Shown here: positions 35,003 through 35,648 of the stretch, piece after piece
How positions within the stretch are numbered: the first letter of the stretch is position 1
Layout: each line of letters starts with the position of its first letter
From: Methyloceanibacter sp.
Lineage (GTDB): Bacteria > Pseudomonadota > Alphaproteobacteria > Rhizobiales > Methyloligellaceae
Length of the DNA: 35,648 nt
Assembly: GCA_046481725.1 (NCBI GenBank)
Contig: JAWOJH010000183.1
Coordinates: forward strand, 1 to 35,648
Reading direction: 5' to 3'
The notes under the pieces: generated by a model
Database searches by the model: none
What the model was told of the DNA's origin: nothing
The model's input: only the letters and a program-made list of their open reading frames with translations
Program-made: the position numbers and the translations under genes

Positions 35003-35648
<646 letters not shown>

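Overview
High-GC alphaproteobacterial chromosomal segment. Hyphomicrobiales/Rhizobiales is inferred from the PdhS-type kinase next to phasin and tRNA-His, the Irr/ICE box, the A73-type tRNA-His and hisS-hisZ-hisG. Left to right: 3' end of an acyl-CoA synthetase; ATP-dependent DNA ligase and its MBL exonuclease; orphan bcsS; polyamine-type SBP; AsmA; an Fe(III) ABC operon (futA, a Cys-rich unknown ORF, futB, no ATPase) under a near-perfect Irr box; PAS histidine kinase; phasin with PhaR boxes; tRNA-His; two small secreted proteins (one with an EcfG-type promoter); a four-gene surface-glycan module; lutABC, a TRAP SBP, cytochrome c and glcDEF; hisS-hisZ-hisG; a secreted histidine phosphatase; a secreted six-Cys cationic peptide downstream of a BclA/YddA-type ABC transporter; and the 3' part of groEL. 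No integrase, transposase or CRISPR array was seen. Best leads: (1) the symmetric six-Cys cationic peptide beside the BclA-like transporter; (2) the 9-Cys protein inside the Irr-controlled iron operon, overlapping a futB that lacks a canonical start; (3) a patch of atypical codon usage inside hisS. The last 19 nt look like an inverted assembly artefact. All calls come from reading motifs by eye; no database search was run.
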